Of a stretch of DNA of 64,000 nucleotides, positions 9,458 through 19,955 are shown in pieces (the first letter of the stretch is position 1; every line of letters starts with the position of its first letter). Under the pieces are notes generated by a model. It made no database searches, was not told the DNA's origin, and was given only the letters and a program-made list of their open reading frames with translations. Where the stretch lies: the NCBI GenBank assembly GCA_965204345.1, contig OZ241981.1:1024001-1088000 (forward strand), given 5' to 3'. The stretch comes from Nitrosopumilus sp. GTDB lineage: Archaea > Thermoproteota > Nitrososphaeria > Nitrososphaerales > Nitrosopumilaceae. A program made the translations under genes and the position numbers.

Positions 9458-9691
9458 TTAGGGAGATTTGTTTATACAACATTGAGCACGTTTTACACCC
9501 AATGTACCATATTTTCTATAAAGTTCATTTGCTCTAATTTTGGCAGATTCTAAATCAGACACAATTTCCCATCGTGTGTTCTGTGTCACTCTAGTAAGAT
9601 GCCTTTGATAGTGTCCACAGGATGTAACATGTATGTTTGTGGTATTGCATCTTGGCACTCTCCAATCTACAAAAACAACATAGGGACACAC
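9458..9691 (-). CDS. hypothetical protein
   Basis: 77-aa ORF with H...C motif and terminal CC. Confidence 0.5.
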   Translation of the reverse strand: MCPYVVFVDWRVPRCNTTNIHVTSCGHYQRHLTRVTQNTRWEIVSDLESAKIRANELYRKYGTLGVKRAQCCINKSP

Positions 9692-9750
9692 ATAGATAAC
9701 ATACAGGTATTCCTCGAAAACTTTATGACATATTTAGTCAAATACTGAGT

Positions 9751-11415
9751 ATGAATTTGCCTGAACCCATGAATAAGCAATTTTCAAGCTTGATGGATGA
9801 TGTGTCTTCGGGCAGATTAAAAATACCACAGTTTCAGCGGGATTTTGTTTGGGACATAAAAAAATCAGCAAGTTTGTTAGACAGTATCATAAAAGGATAT
9901 CCGGTTGGAACTTTTATTTTCTGGAAGACAAGAGAACGACTTCGATCTGTAAAAGACATAGGGAATTTGAATTTGCCTGAACCTGAGAAAGGGGATTATG
10001 TGAATTTTGTACTTGATGGCCAACAAAGAATAACAAGTCTATTTGCAGCACTAAAAGGTGAAACCATCAGACGAAGCAATGGAAAGGAGGAAGATTTTTC
10101 AAAAATCTTCATCGATCTAGAAGCCAAAGAAGATGAGAAGATCATAACAACAGAAATACACAATAAAAATGAGGGGCAAATAATCAAGTTAGAAACTCTT
10201 CTGTATGGAGGCCTGACAGTATTGTCAGATTATGATTCCAGATATCATCAAAGGTTAGACGAATACAAAAAGAGAATACAGTCATACAACTATTCAGTTA
10301 TTCAAGTAAATAATGTGCCTATTGATGTAGCTACAGAGATTTTTACGAGGATAAACGTAGGAGGTAGACCCCTTTCATTATTTGAGATAATGGTAGCCAA
10401 GACCTATGATTATGATAAGAATTTTGATTTATCAGAGAAATTCGATGCCATGATAGAAAAGCTAGATGATGTAAATTATGAAACGTTATCAGATGCAACC
10501 ATACTGCAGGTCATTTCTCTCATACTAACAAAGGAATGTAAGCGTAAAGTCATTTTATCACTAAAAAAAGAGGACATAATTGAAATCTGGGAGGAGGTCA
10601 TGGATGCTATAGAAAGAACAGTAGATTATTTTAGAAATTATTACCGAATTCCTGTTTCTAATTTGTTACCCTATAACGCTCTGATAGTGCCTTTTGCTTA
10701 TTTCTTCTACAACCATAAAGACAAACCAATAGGAAATATGCAGAAATATCTAGAAGACTTTTTCTGGAGAATTTCATTATCTGGCAGATATTCTTCTGCT
10801 GTAGAAAGCAAGCTTGCCCAAGACACAAAGCGAATTGATAAAATTCTAAATGCAGAATTGCCTGAATATGATTGGGCAATAGATAGATCTGCAGAATACA
10901 TCAAACATAATGGATGGTTCAGTGCCGGAAGAAGCTACATCAAAGCGATTCTTTGCATTTATACATATTATCAACCCAAGTCTTTTGTTGACAATTCTCT
11001 TGTTAACATAAACAATGATTGGCTCAAACAAGCAAATAGCAAAAATTATCATCATTTTTTCCCAAAAGCATATTTAAAGAAATTAAATGAAAGTGAAGAA
11101 AAGATCAACCACATTTTGAACATTACTATTGTGGACGACTTTCTAAATAAGAGAAAAATCAAGCAGAATCCTCCTTCAACATATATGGAGGATTTCAGAA
11201 AAAACAATCCTCAGCTTTCTGAAACTATGAAGACACATCTAATAGACGACTTGGATAATTTTGGAATATGGATAAATGATTATCAAAGGTTCATAGACAA
11301 ACGAGCAAGAAGAATATCCGAAGAAATTGAAAAAAGAATCATCAGGCAGGAGATCGATAAACAGCCTCAACCAGAATTGTTGGAAGATTATTCAGAAGTA
11401 ATAGAAATAGAATGA
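9751..11415 (+). CDS. DUF262 (GmrSD-like) nuclease with C-terminal HNH-like domain
   Basis: IPQFQRDFVW, LDGQQRITSL, IFTRIN and NYHHFFPK motifs. Confidence 0.88.
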   Translation: MNLPEPMNKQFSSLMDDVSSGRLKIPQFQRDFVWDIKKSASLLDSIIKGYPVGTFIFWKTRERLRSVKDIGNLNLPEPEKGDYVNFVLDGQQRITSLFAALKGETIRRSNGKEEDFSKIFIDLEAKEDEKIITTEIHNKNEGQIIKLETLLYGGLTVLSDYDSRYHQRLDEYKKRIQSYNYSVIQVNNVPIDVATEIFTRINVGGRPLSLFEIMVAKTYDYDKNFDLSEKFDAMIEKLDDVNYETLSDATILQVISLILTKECKRKVILSLKKEDIIEIWEEVMDAIERTVDYFRNYYRIPVSNLLPYNALIVPFAYFFYNHKDKPIGNMQKYLEDFFWRISLSGRYSSAVESKLAQDTKRIDKILNAELPEYDWAIDRSAEYIKHNGWFSAGRSYIKAILCIYTYYQPKSFVDNSLVNINNDWLKQANSKNYHHFFPKAYLKKLNESEEKINHILNITIVDDFLNKRKIKQNPPSTYMEDFRKNNPQLSETMKTHLIDDLDNFGIWINDYQRFIDKRARRISEEIEKRIIRQEIDKQPQPELLEDYSEVIEIE

Positions 11416-11842
11416 TCTAATCTCAGGCAAATACAATTCCAAGGTACGTACATTAGATCATTTCAAGTTAGTCATGATGATAATTAAATTATATTTTCAG
11501 AAATCCAGTTAACGATGTGGAGAAGACCTGAATCATATCAATAATGAATTACGTAGAAAAAATATTATGATAAAGATAATTTTTGATAGCATTTTATCTA
11601 TGAGCAAATATTCCAAGAGGAATTTCGTATTGTCCATTCTATGCTAACTGTCTCAATAGTTATTGCAGAACAAATAATTTACAATATGTTCTATCCTTGA
11701 ATTATTTTTATCAAAGATTTAGTTTTATTGCTGAATGGATAAATTTCTCATAAATAGATTTTTTGAGATATACTTGTAGGTCTAGTGTGATGAATATGAA
11801 AGATAAATTAGAATTGAAAAATCAATATTTTCAATTAATGTT

Positions 11843-11932
11843 TTATTTCTTTGGAGGATTATTTCCTCTGCCGCCACCAGATGGTTTGCCTGTTTGACTG
11901 GGTCCATTTGATGGTCCTTTGCTTTTGCCCAT
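11843..11932 (-). CDS. 29-aa Gly/Pro/Ser-rich micropeptide
   Basis: MGKSKGPSNGPSQTGKPSGGGRGNNPPKK; GC-richer open frame in AT-rich DNA. Confidence 0.55.
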   Translation of the reverse strand: MGKSKGPSNGPSQTGKPSGGGRGNNPPKK

Positions 11933-12306
11933 GTATTCTAATTGGTATGAAACGATTTAAGTGTTCAGTACAAATGGTCTAGAATCATGCCATAAAGCAT
12001 ACAAAAAAAGTCAATTATTATTTTTGCTCATGCAACCAACTCTCCAATTCATTTACGGTTTCAAAACGTACAGGTGTGAGGGTCACATACTTGACCTTCA
12101 AAATGGGTAACTAGCATCTAGATTTTGTTCCTAGGTTCAAATAGCAATCATGAGTAAAATTATTACGCCGCTGAATCTTGGGATGGTTTGCCAATTTTTA
12201 TTTCTAAAAAGCCAAGCCACCTAAAATTCAAGTGTAAAAAGAGATGTTGGGAGAGATAGGGCATATGCTTCTCCTCGCCCAAAGTAGAAGAGAACTAGCC
12301 TCAGTT

Positions 12307-12401
12307 TGTATATTTTATGTAATTAATCCCTCTTTAGAAGAAAGAACACATACATAAATTATGTATATTTTATGTAACTAATCTCTCTTTAGAGGAGAGA
12401 A
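12307..12401. promoter_or_regulatory. two 40-bp direct repeats (36/40 identical, period 55) plus a palindrome upstream of the AbiEi-like gene
   Basis: 12307-12346 vs 12362-12401; ATACATAAATTATGTAT palindrome between and overlapping them. Confidence 0.7.
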
Positions 12402-12403
12402 AG

Positions 12404-13228
12404 GTGACACAAAATATACGATTAGGATCACAAGAAAATAAGCTACTATTCAGCTTGGAAACGAAGAAAATAAGCGTCTTTACCTTCAGTGATGCCCGAA
12501 ATATTCTTCAAGGAACCGATTCTGCAACATGGAATGTAATTGGAAGGCTGAAAAAAAAGAAGAGATTACAAGAGATAGAAGGCGGAAAATATCTTCTAGT
12601 ACCAGCTAGAGCTGGTCTTGAAGGATATTGGTCTGAGGATCCTTGGCTAATCGTACCTCAGCTAATTGATGAATATTATGTAGCATTTTGGACTGCAATG
12701 AACTTTTGGGGCATGACAGAGCAGATACCATACACTGTTTTTGTTGCAACTCCAAAAAGAAAGAAAAAACGAATCTTAGAATTTGGAAATCAAAAATTCC
12801 AATTTGTAACTATATCAAAAAAGAAATTTTTTGGGCATGTTGAACAAAAAATAGGAAAAAATAATCATTTTTACATTTCCTCTAGAGAAAAAACAATTGT
12901 GGATGGATTAACTCATCCAGAATATTGTAGTGGAATAGTGGAGGTAACAAAAGCAATGTGGAATTCACGAAGAGAAGCTGATTGGAAAACCATTCTTGCA
13001 ATGGCAAAGAAAGTAGAGATTAACGTGGTTTTACGCAGATTGGGATACCTATTAACGGTTCTTAACATAGAGAAAAATATCTCCTCAAAAATTAAAAAAG
13101 AGATAGTTTGTTATCCTTATAATTTTCTTGATCCTACAACGGCCAAAATCAGAATTTCGTATTCAAAGGATTTTGGATTAATATTGAATAGAACTAGAGA
13201 CGAACTAACAAGCTGGATGGAGTATTAG
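12404..13228 (+). CDS. AbiEi-like type IV toxin-antitoxin antitoxin / regulator
   Basis: N-terminal wHTH, YYVAFWTAMNFWGMTEQIP, SREKTIVDGL, RRLGYLL motifs. Confidence 0.85.
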   Translation: MTQNIRLGSQENKLLFSLETKKISVFTFSDARNILQGTDSATWNVIGRLKKKKRLQEIEGGKYLLVPARAGLEGYWSEDPWLIVPQLIDEYYVAFWTAMNFWGMTEQIPYTVFVATPKRKKKRILEFGNQKFQFVTISKKKFFGHVEQKIGKNNHFYISSREKTIVDGLTHPEYCSGIVEVTKAMWNSRREADWKTILAMAKKVEINVVLRRLGYLLTVLNIEKNISSKIKKEIVCYPYNFLDPTTAKIRISYSKDFGLILNRTRDELTSWMEY

Positions 13229-13230
13229 AT

Positions 13231-13326
13231 ATGGATGTTGATGAAATGAAATTATTAGCTCTTTGCAAGTTTGCATGGATGTCTATTGGAAAAGATATCT
13301 GTTGGCTCAAGCTGATTAATTCATAG
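13231..13326 (+). pseudogene. probable N-terminal stub of the cognate AbiEii-like toxin
   Basis: ATG 2 nt after the antitoxin stop (MDVDEMKLLA...), frame ends after 31 aa; identity inferred from position. Confidence 0.4.
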
Positions 13327-13790
13327 TTTTTTGCAAATAATATCTATCATAATTTTTTCCACTAGAAAGTACTTCATGACACTCATTACACCAATCTTGT
13401 TCTCTTTTTTTGGATGATCCGCATAAACATTTTTTCCGGTCCTTATTTATCACATCATCCATATTCGTAATTTATCATACTAGTATCTAAATTATATTAG
13501 ATTCCGGTTTTGTTAACTTATTGGTATCTACCTGAAAAATTTTCTTCGTATTAACTGTCGGGACCTAGAAATAAAAAACTGGTTTTTACACCAGAACTAA
13601 AATAATCTGTCTATTACTTTGCTGATTACTAGTAAGATTATTCTAGCTATTACTGCATATGTTATTGCATTCATTCTTTAAACCTCCTTTTTTACAACAT
13701 TTGCCATTTAGACAATTTTTTAACAGTCAAACTACAAAAAGTAGTTTGAATCACACATAATTTATTGCTCTATCATTTTTTCATAATTAA

Positions 13791-13968
13791 CTACCACTTA
13801 GACGCATTTTCTATTAAAGTTATCCATTTGTTATTTCCAGTAATTTTAATTCCAGCTCGATCAGCTGGGGTATCGCCATCTAAACTCATGTGTTCTTTAA
13901 TGTAATTATGGTAAATTGAATACCTGTAATTGCTGGGGAATCATCTTTTTTTAAAAAATCTCTAACAA
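13791..13968 (-). pseudogene. C-terminal remnant of a second IS6-like transposase
   Basis: KKDDSPAITG/IYHNYIKEHMSLDGDTPADRAGIKITGNNKWITLIENASKW*, homologous to the end of 3507-4652, frameshifted. Confidence 0.8.
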
Positions 13969-14128
13969 TACATTCAACTTCAATTTCACGTAATAAAACC
14001 ATGATGTGCACAGAGAATTAACGTGGTATTGGATAAAGATTTCAATGATGCCTAAATGCAGTTACAATTATCCTAAACCATTCAAGAGAAAAACCATCGA
14101 GTCATGTAAAGACGGATTGCCAGTCTTT

Positions 14129-14818
14129 CTAATGAGCGGCCTCATATTGCAACAAGTCCTCCTGAACTTTTAGTATGGTGTCACCTGCAAACCGGACTCT
14201 GGTTTTTACCATGTCCCTGTGGGTCAGCATGATTGCTGCAGCATCCAGAAAACTTCTGCCGCCGTTTGCCACACAGTCAAGGAAGACCCTCTCAACGGGA
14301 TTTTCAAAAGAGCCAATCTTTGGAAGAAGTACAATGTTTCCTCTTTTTCCCTCCCTAAACCCGTGGCTTTTCAAAAGCTGAGATACATTTTCTGCATTAT
14401 CAACATACACATACAAGCTAAGAGGAATCTGAAACTTTGTTAGCTCATGAGCTTTGTGATCAAGTGTTATGATTGAGTCTTTTGGGAGATGTTTTTTCAT
14501 AAAGTTAACATCAGTTGGTTTGTAATGCCGTCCAAACCTTCTGGCTTTTTTGAGTGCAATTAGTGAAGGAATGATATTTTGCAAGACAGTATAGGGTTGG
14601 GAAATCACTTCTCTTTTTATTGTAAATTTTCCACGATTGTAATCTGCCAGCCCCAACTCTTCTAGGCAAACCAGCCTTCTTTTGATGGTCTTGGCCGATA
14701 CGCTGAGGGTATCTCCCAGGTTCTTTAGATCATAGATTGGACTGGGGGGCAGCTCCTGTGCAAATCTGATTGCATCCTTTGCCTTTTCAAGTATGGGTGT
14801 GTATTGCTGCATATTCAT
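14129..14818 (-). CDS. wHTH protein, AbiEi-like antitoxin candidate
   Basis: N-terminal HTH; AHELTKFQIP and ERVFLDCV motifs; overlapping downstream ORF (14068-14145) ends after 25 aa. Confidence 0.55.
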   Translation of the reverse strand: MNMQQYTPILEKAKDAIRFAQELPPSPIYDLKNLGDTLSVSAKTIKRRLVCLEELGLADYNRGKFTIKREVISQPYTVLQNIIPSLIALKKARRFGRHYKPTDVNFMKKHLPKDSIITLDHKAHELTKFQIPLSLYVYVDNAENVSQLLKSHGFREGKRGNIVLLPKIGSFENPVERVFLDCVANGGRSFLDAAAIMLTHRDMVKTRVRFAGDTILKVQEDLLQYEAAH

Positions 14819-15238
14819 ACAGTAATAATAACATGTGCAATATATTTATACTTTGGACAAATCTGTCTCTTTGTATATATACTCACACATAAAAAATATC
14901 TCTTATGAATATGATGTAAAATACACAACAAGCATGATGAATAGTCTGAAACACCTCTTCATTACAAATATTTCTTGAATCTTTCTAGTTGGAATTGCAT
15001 TTACTGAACGTCTCTTTTCTCTAGACTGAGATTGAATTATCCATTTCTTTTGGATTGAGAATACTAGTTGATCTAGTGCTATGAGGAATTGCAATGATTA
15101 TGAAATGAATAAAAAATCAAAACAAGTCAAAAAACTTCCTAAAGTAACTAACAATGCAAGAACTGCTAGAAAAAGGGGTTAGGATGAGGAGAAGATTTTT
15201 CATTCAATCTTGTCCTCAAAAGAATTGCTGGTGGATGA

Positions 15239-15740
15239 TTCAAACAAAGACAAATGAAAACTAGATTGTTGAGAATTATTGTACAGAGATTTCTTTGATC
15301 ATATTTTTGGTTAATCTAAGTTCCTCACTGAGAAGTTTTTTTCTAGCATTTAGTGCTTTTGCGTTTGGTTGTGCTTTGATTGATAATGTGATGTCTTTTT
15401 GTGTAGTTTGTCTGCCTGCAATCTGTTCACTTTGATAACTTACAGACTTTTGCATTACTTTGATCAATGGATTTTTCAGGTCAATTTTGTAAGTGAGAGA
15501 TTTTCCAACTTTGCCTGATTGTACAATCATGCCATTATCCAACAATTTTGATATTTCCCTAAATGCAGTCGTACGACTCATACCTACTGCTTGTACTATC
15601 TCTCCGACTGTAAACTCGTTTTTTGGAAAAACCATAAAGTACTCTAGTACCCTCATGCGTGGAGAGTTCCCATAAAGTGCAACAAGTCCTGATTCTGCTT
15701 CTTTCACAACTAATAATTATGAATAATCGACTTAAAGACT
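15239..15740. repeat. ~500-bp direct duplication, copy 1
   Basis: highly similar to 19956-20440. Confidence 0.95.
15276..15707 (-). CDS. winged-helix transcriptional regulator
   Basis: SPRMRVLEYF...FTVGEIVQAVGMSRTTAFREI. Confidence 0.8.
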   Translation of the reverse strand: MKEAESGLVALYGNSPRMRVLEYFMVFPKNEFTVGEIVQAVGMSRTTAFREISKLLDNGMIVQSGKVGKSLTYKIDLKNPLIKVMQKSVSYQSEQIAGRQTTQKDITLSIKAQPNAKALNARKKLLSEELRLTKNMIKEISVQ

Positions 15741-16109
15741 ATGTCAAAACAGTATCATTTGAGTACTATGGGTGAAAAGCACCTTGGGGAATCTGCAATA
15801 TTGGTAATCAGTCAACATTAGGCACCTTTCATTCCCGATGAAATCGTGAGAGGGGGAGTTTGGTAAATTTTAATGATCTGATCACTGGAATTTAACAGCA
15901 AGATTGCAAGGGATGATTTTCTTAAAAATTACCTAGTTCTAATCATCAAAAAATCTCATAGTGCAATTCAAAAATTACTAAATCTGTGAATTTATGGCAT
16001 AGATCATCAAAATTTACCGTAACCTGCAAGAACAAGTGGAAAGCCATAATCCAAAACGTCTTACTGCACAAGACTACAGAATGAAGTCTCAAAGATGTTA
16101 CATAACCCG

Positions 16110-16235
16110 ATGTCTTTAGATCTTGAAGTTATAAAATGGATTGAGGATCAAGTAAAAAATCGCAAGTTTAGAAATAGATCATATGGTTTTGAATATTGTA
16201 CAAGAATTGTAAGAGAACAAAAATTAATTTTCTAA
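16110..16235 (+). CDS. ribbon-helix-helix-like small protein (possibly 5'-eroded)
   Basis: MSLDLEVIKWIEDQVKNRKFRNRSYGFEYC pattern. Confidence 0.5.
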   Translation: MSLDLEVIKWIEDQVKNRKFRNRSYGFEYCTRIVREQKLIF

Positions 16236-16433
16236 TTTATCTACTCTTTTGCTTAATTCTTCATGGTTATTACCATTAGCTTGAACCAACTCAAGAATTT
16301 GTGGTAATAACTGGGTATCTTCCTTTATGCTTTTTACATCAACTGTCAAATCATTAATTTTGGTACAGTTTTGACTAACCTGATCCTTTAGCCCTTTTAT
16401 TTCACCTATCAACATATCTAGTTTGTCTGTCAT
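16224..16433 (-). CDS. small coiled-coil protein
   Basis: 69 aa with heptad pattern. Confidence 0.55.
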   Translation of the reverse strand: MTDKLDMLIGEIKGLKDQVSQNCTKINDLTVDVKSIKEDTQLLPQILELVQANGNNHEELSKRVDKLEN

Positions 16434-16636
16434 AGTGTATACAATTCTGTAACACCTTATTTAAAAATTCTGTAATAGCCAGACCTTTCCTCAATAGCCT
16501 TTATTCGTGCCTTTTTCCAAATCTTTATCCATTCTGATTGATGATATGAAATCTTGTTATAATTATACCAAAAAACACGCTGGACTAAATGTAAAGGATA
16601 GTTGTTGGTTAAAATTACCTTGCTGATTAATTTGTG

Positions 16637-16852
16637 TCAGATTCTCCGTACAACTTGAATTGTTTGTATCTGTTTTCTATTTCTCGTGTTGCGTGGCCTT
16701 GTTCTTAACACATAACTACAACATGGACAGTGCTTGCCATCTCACCATACAAAAATATCACATACTGAGCATATCTTTTGACCTTGGATGTATCGATTAA
16801 TTCCGTTAACTCTTTTTGCCTTGTGTTGGGTACAGATTCCTTTGCATGTCAT
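16637..16852 (-). pseudogene. paralogue of the 71-aa Cys-rich protein at 40132-40347 with an in-frame TGA
   Basis: MTCKGICTQHK...CSVCDIFVW*DGKHCPCCSYVLRTRPR; TGA at 16742-16744 aligns with Trp. Confidence 0.85.
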
Positions 16853-17168
16853 AATGGAATTATTCAAAAAAATGAAATTCTTGATTCTGTATATTTTTCG
16901 TATTATAGAGCTCTGAAAAGAAAAAGAAGAGAACTTGTAAGATTAGGATTATTTGAAGAAGAGAAAAAACGTCTCAATAGACTAGGAAAGCAGAAAAAAC
17001 TTCCTAGACGAGAAAAATACAAAAAAGAACTGATCAATATAATTAAAAAAAAGATCTCAGTAGATTGTTCAGTAAGTTAGCCTATTTTTTACTCTTTAAT
17101 TCAAAAGGCATTCAATTAATTGCAACTACTTCAAAAAAGTTTATGTTATTGAACTGCCTCTCATAATT

Positions 17169-17582
17169 GTGTCAAAAGCAATTCTATCAGTATCCCTCAA
17201 GTGTTATGAGCCTAAAACTTGTGCTAACAGTGATCTAGAACGGAAAAAAGAACTCCGTGACTTAATTTTGTTAAAAATAGACAATGTTTCTGAAATCCAG
17301 AAAAGATGCAGGGGAAAACTACTTTCATTTGATGTTTGTTTCAATCTCTATTCAAATACTGATGTTGAGGGCAGAAAAACCAAAGATCTTGATAATATGT
17401 TGAAAATATTCTGCGATGTCTTTCCAGATTTTATAGATCGTGCCAAAACAGTGAAGGGTTTAGGATTGATTGAGGATGATAGGGATGATTTGATTTTTGA
17501 AATTAATTGTAAGAAGAGGCTTGTAAAATTTGAATCAGACGAAGGAATTGATTTTAGTATTTACGAATATCCAAAACTATAA
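17169..17582 (+). CDS. RusA-like resolvase/nuclease
   Basis: KDLDNMLKIFCD...DDRDDLIFEI acidic motif. Confidence 0.6.
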   Translation: MSKAILSVSLKCYEPKTCANSDLERKKELRDLILLKIDNVSEIQKRCRGKLLSFDVCFNLYSNTDVEGRKTKDLDNMLKIFCDVFPDFIDRAKTVKGLGLIEDDRDDLIFEINCKKRLVKFESDEGIDFSIYEYPKL

Positions 17583-17949
17583 TGCTTTCTGGTTTGTCTT
17601 GATTATCACATTATTAGCAATTTGTTTATCATAATTTTCAACTATGATTGCTGACTATATCAAAAACATACAAACTCGATAATCTCATACTGAAAAATAA
17701 AAAATAGAAGAGGAAGTATCTATTAGACAAAAAACAATCTTGGAATACAGAGGACAAATTTTTGAAAAATATCGTATCAGGGATTGTTGAAAGTCTTGAT
17801 AATGATACAGAATGGATAAAAGCAACTTCCTCCTCTGTCAAAATACAAACATCCAAAACAAATGCGCAACAAATGCGATGGCCAGTTATATTGTATGGAT
17901 TGTAATGAAGATCTTTAACTAATATAGAAATGAGTGTTGGTAGTGAAAA

Positions 17950-18686
17950 TCAAATAATTAAACCCCAATTATTTTTGAAATATGTTGCATCGTTTTTGAG
18001 ATTTCCAAGATATATGTTGCCATCTCTCAGTGTAAAGTTGACTCTGTATCTTTTGCCATGATCAATAACTCGAATATTTTTTTGATCGATGTTTTTCTGT
18101 ACTTCCACGTAAGGCAGAATCAAAAAATTTTCTTCCTTGCCCCTAAGGACAAAGATGTAAAATGTGTTCGAAGAGTTGTGTTTTTGATAGGAGCTTATAT
18201 TGATATCAGCTACATACTTTTCATATTTTTCGTTTGCAGTTTTAACTTGAATGTTGTATAGTCTGTCTTTCCTTGTGGCAACGATGTCTATTCCTTCGTC
18301 AACACTCATGACATTTGCATTGAATTCTTGGAAGAGTAGTTTGCTCACCACAAGATGTTCACCTGCTTTTCCAATGAATCGAGAATGTTTGGTTTCAATT
18401 TCTTTTTCTTCAATTTCTCTGATTTCTTGTTTCTCTTTTTGCTTTTGCTCTTCTTTAGAATATTTTGGATTTAATTGAAATATGCCTGGTTTTATTCGGA
18501 TAAAAGCAGATTTGTCTTTTTCGTGCTTAATACTGATGTAATCCGTGAGTTCATAGTGGCATCAGGTGTTGCACCGGACGTCACAATAAGATCTTGCTCT
18601 ATTGCACGTTTTGTGATTTCGTCATAGTGTAGCGGTTCTTTTGATTTTCTTAAGACTTTGATTGCAGCAATCTTAAAAGAACACAT
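17950..18686 (-). pseudogene. HARE-HTH + PD-(D/E)XK endonuclease, single frameshift near 18532
   Basis: N-terminal AAIKVL...LHYDEIT...GATPDATM; other frame continues IKHEKDKSAFIRIKPGIF...IGKAGEHLV...DEGID...IQVK. Confidence 0.8.
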
Positions 18687-18780
18687 ATTGGTTATCCATA
18701 GTCCAGTATTATAATAATAATATTAGCAAGTAATCTATCAAGATTCTTTTAATATAATGCACCATTCTTGAGCTTACAGA

Positions 18781-19629
18781 ATGCAAAATACGATTGCTAT
18801 AATATGTGACTGTGATGAGACACTTGCGCCAGATACAACAAATTTCTTACTAGAACAAAATGATATCAAAGTAAAACAATTTTGGAAAAATATTACTAAA
18901 ATGGTCTCTCAAGGCTGGGATCCTCCTATTGCATGGATGACTGAAATATACAAAATGATGCAATCCGGAGAAATACAGCAAGACACTAACAAAAAACTTG
19001 CACAGCTAGGAAAGAAAATAGTCCCATACGATGGCGTACCAGATTTCATTCCACAACTAAACTCACTTCTAAATAGAGACAAAGATTTTGTGGAGGCAGG
19101 TGTCAGCATAGAGTTTTACATAATCTCTTCAGGCTTTGAAGATTTGATTAAAGGAAGCGTCTTATCAGAACATTTCACAGATATTTTTGCAGGAAGGTTC
19201 AATGAGGATCTTAAAACTAAAAAGATCAACGGAATAAAATCGGCAGTTACATTCACAGAGAAAACAAAATTCCTTTATGCAATCAACAAGGGAATTACAG
19301 GAAAAGAACTCAGACGGTGTCCATTCAGTGTCAATGATTCAATAAAAAATGAAGATAGGCGTATTCCTTTTGAGTACATGGTTTACTTGGGAGACAGTCC
19401 AGGAGACATTCCCTGCTTTTCTACTGTAAAAGGATACGGTGGAAATTGTATTGGAATAGTAGGAAAAGATTCAGTCAGCAAAGGATATCAGCTTGCTCGT
19501 GGAAAAAGAACCACAGTAGGTCCGTATTCTGGAAACTATAGAAAAGGAAGTGATCTACGAAATGTGCTAGATGCTATTGTGAAAAAAATAGGCTACGACA
19601 TGGTAGATAAAAAGAAGAGACACCTATAA
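18781..19629 (+). CDS. HAD-superfamily hydrolase
   Basis: DCDETL motif I, ISSG motif II, GDSPGDIP motif IV. Confidence 0.85.
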   Translation: MQNTIAIICDCDETLAPDTTNFLLEQNDIKVKQFWKNITKMVSQGWDPPIAWMTEIYKMMQSGEIQQDTNKKLAQLGKKIVPYDGVPDFIPQLNSLLNRDKDFVEAGVSIEFYIISSGFEDLIKGSVLSEHFTDIFAGRFNEDLKTKKINGIKSAVTFTEKTKFLYAINKGITGKELRRCPFSVNDSIKNEDRRIPFEYMVYLGDSPGDIPCFSTVKGYGGNCIGIVGKDSVSKGYQLARGKRTTVGPYSGNYRKGSDLRNVLDAIVKKIGYDMVDKKKRHL

Positions 19630-19955
19630 CAAATAGGTTAAAATGTAATTTTTTACATTTTAGAAAACTCTCAAAGTGCAACAGATGCTATTCCCTCTGT
19701 TTCTATTTTCACCATGTTCTCAGAATTTTCTTTTACTGTTAGCACATATGGCAGGGCCTCCTTTACATCCCCCACATGGGTATTGATTAGAATTTGTTTG
19801 AAATGTCTCATTTATTATTTTTTAAAAAATAAAATGTTTCTAACCATTACAATCCTATGTATCTGTGACTTGTAAGAGATGTACACTGGTAATCAAACTT
19901 GTGTGATTCAGATTATTTTTTTGTAAAAAAATAGAATAATTTTTGATTATCTAGG

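Noticed and set aside
16778-17080. 100-aa ORF as a real gene
   Set aside because: Its 5' part is antisense to the 16637-16852 pseudogene; the remainder is low-complexity and Lys-rich, probably a fragment.
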